From assembly GCF_009914755.1 (NCBI RefSeq), contig NC_060933.1: DNA of 64,000 nt. One strand, given 5' to 3'. Below, piece by piece: positions 63,921-64,000 of this stretch. How positions within the stretch are numbered: the stretch's first letter is position 1; each line of letters begins with the position of its first letter. Both the position numbers and the translations under genes were made by a program. The stretch comes from the human T2T-CHM13v2.0 reference genome, Homo sapiens. The notes beneath the pieces are model-generated. The model was not told the origin of the DNA and ran no database searches. It saw nothing but the letters and a program-made list of their open reading frames with translations.

Positions 63921-64000
63921 GGCTGGACACGGTGGCTCACGCCTATAATCCCAGCACTTTGGGAGGCCAAGGCGGGTGGATCACGAGGTCAGGAAATCGA
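63921..64000 (+). mobile_element. Alu 5' part, cut by window edge
   Basis: ggctggacacggtggctcacgcctataatcccagcactttggg. Confidence 0.93.

Overview
Primate (human/great-ape type) genomic DNA, AT-rich and dense in Alu and L1. The + strand carries ten consecutive internal coding exons of a CNTNAP3-family gene (Caspr3, neurexin superfamily). By homology to the 24-exon CNTNAP architecture these are exons ~10-19, encoding the end of LamG2, EGF1, the fibrinogen-like domain, LamG3, EGF2 and the start of LamG4. All ten have canonical AG/GT borders. Exon 10 is 171 nt where the intron phases require 172. This 1-nt deletion shifts the frame and gives a TAG at 1727-1729. Exon 11 has lost an invariant EGF cysteine, and exons 14 and 15 have gained cysteines. 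This copy is therefore most likely a recently disabled segmental-duplication paralog or null allele, unless the indel is an assembly error. Both major lesions lie in exons 10-11, whose joint skipping would restore the frame. Exon 13 is an isolated intragenic CpG island. The rest is ~25 Alus (one trimeric), two large nested L1 stacks, solo LTRs, DNA transposon relics and microsatellites. I found no strong evidence for a new biological system. Exon numbers, reference residues and repeat subfamily names are from memory, and repeat boundaries are approximate.
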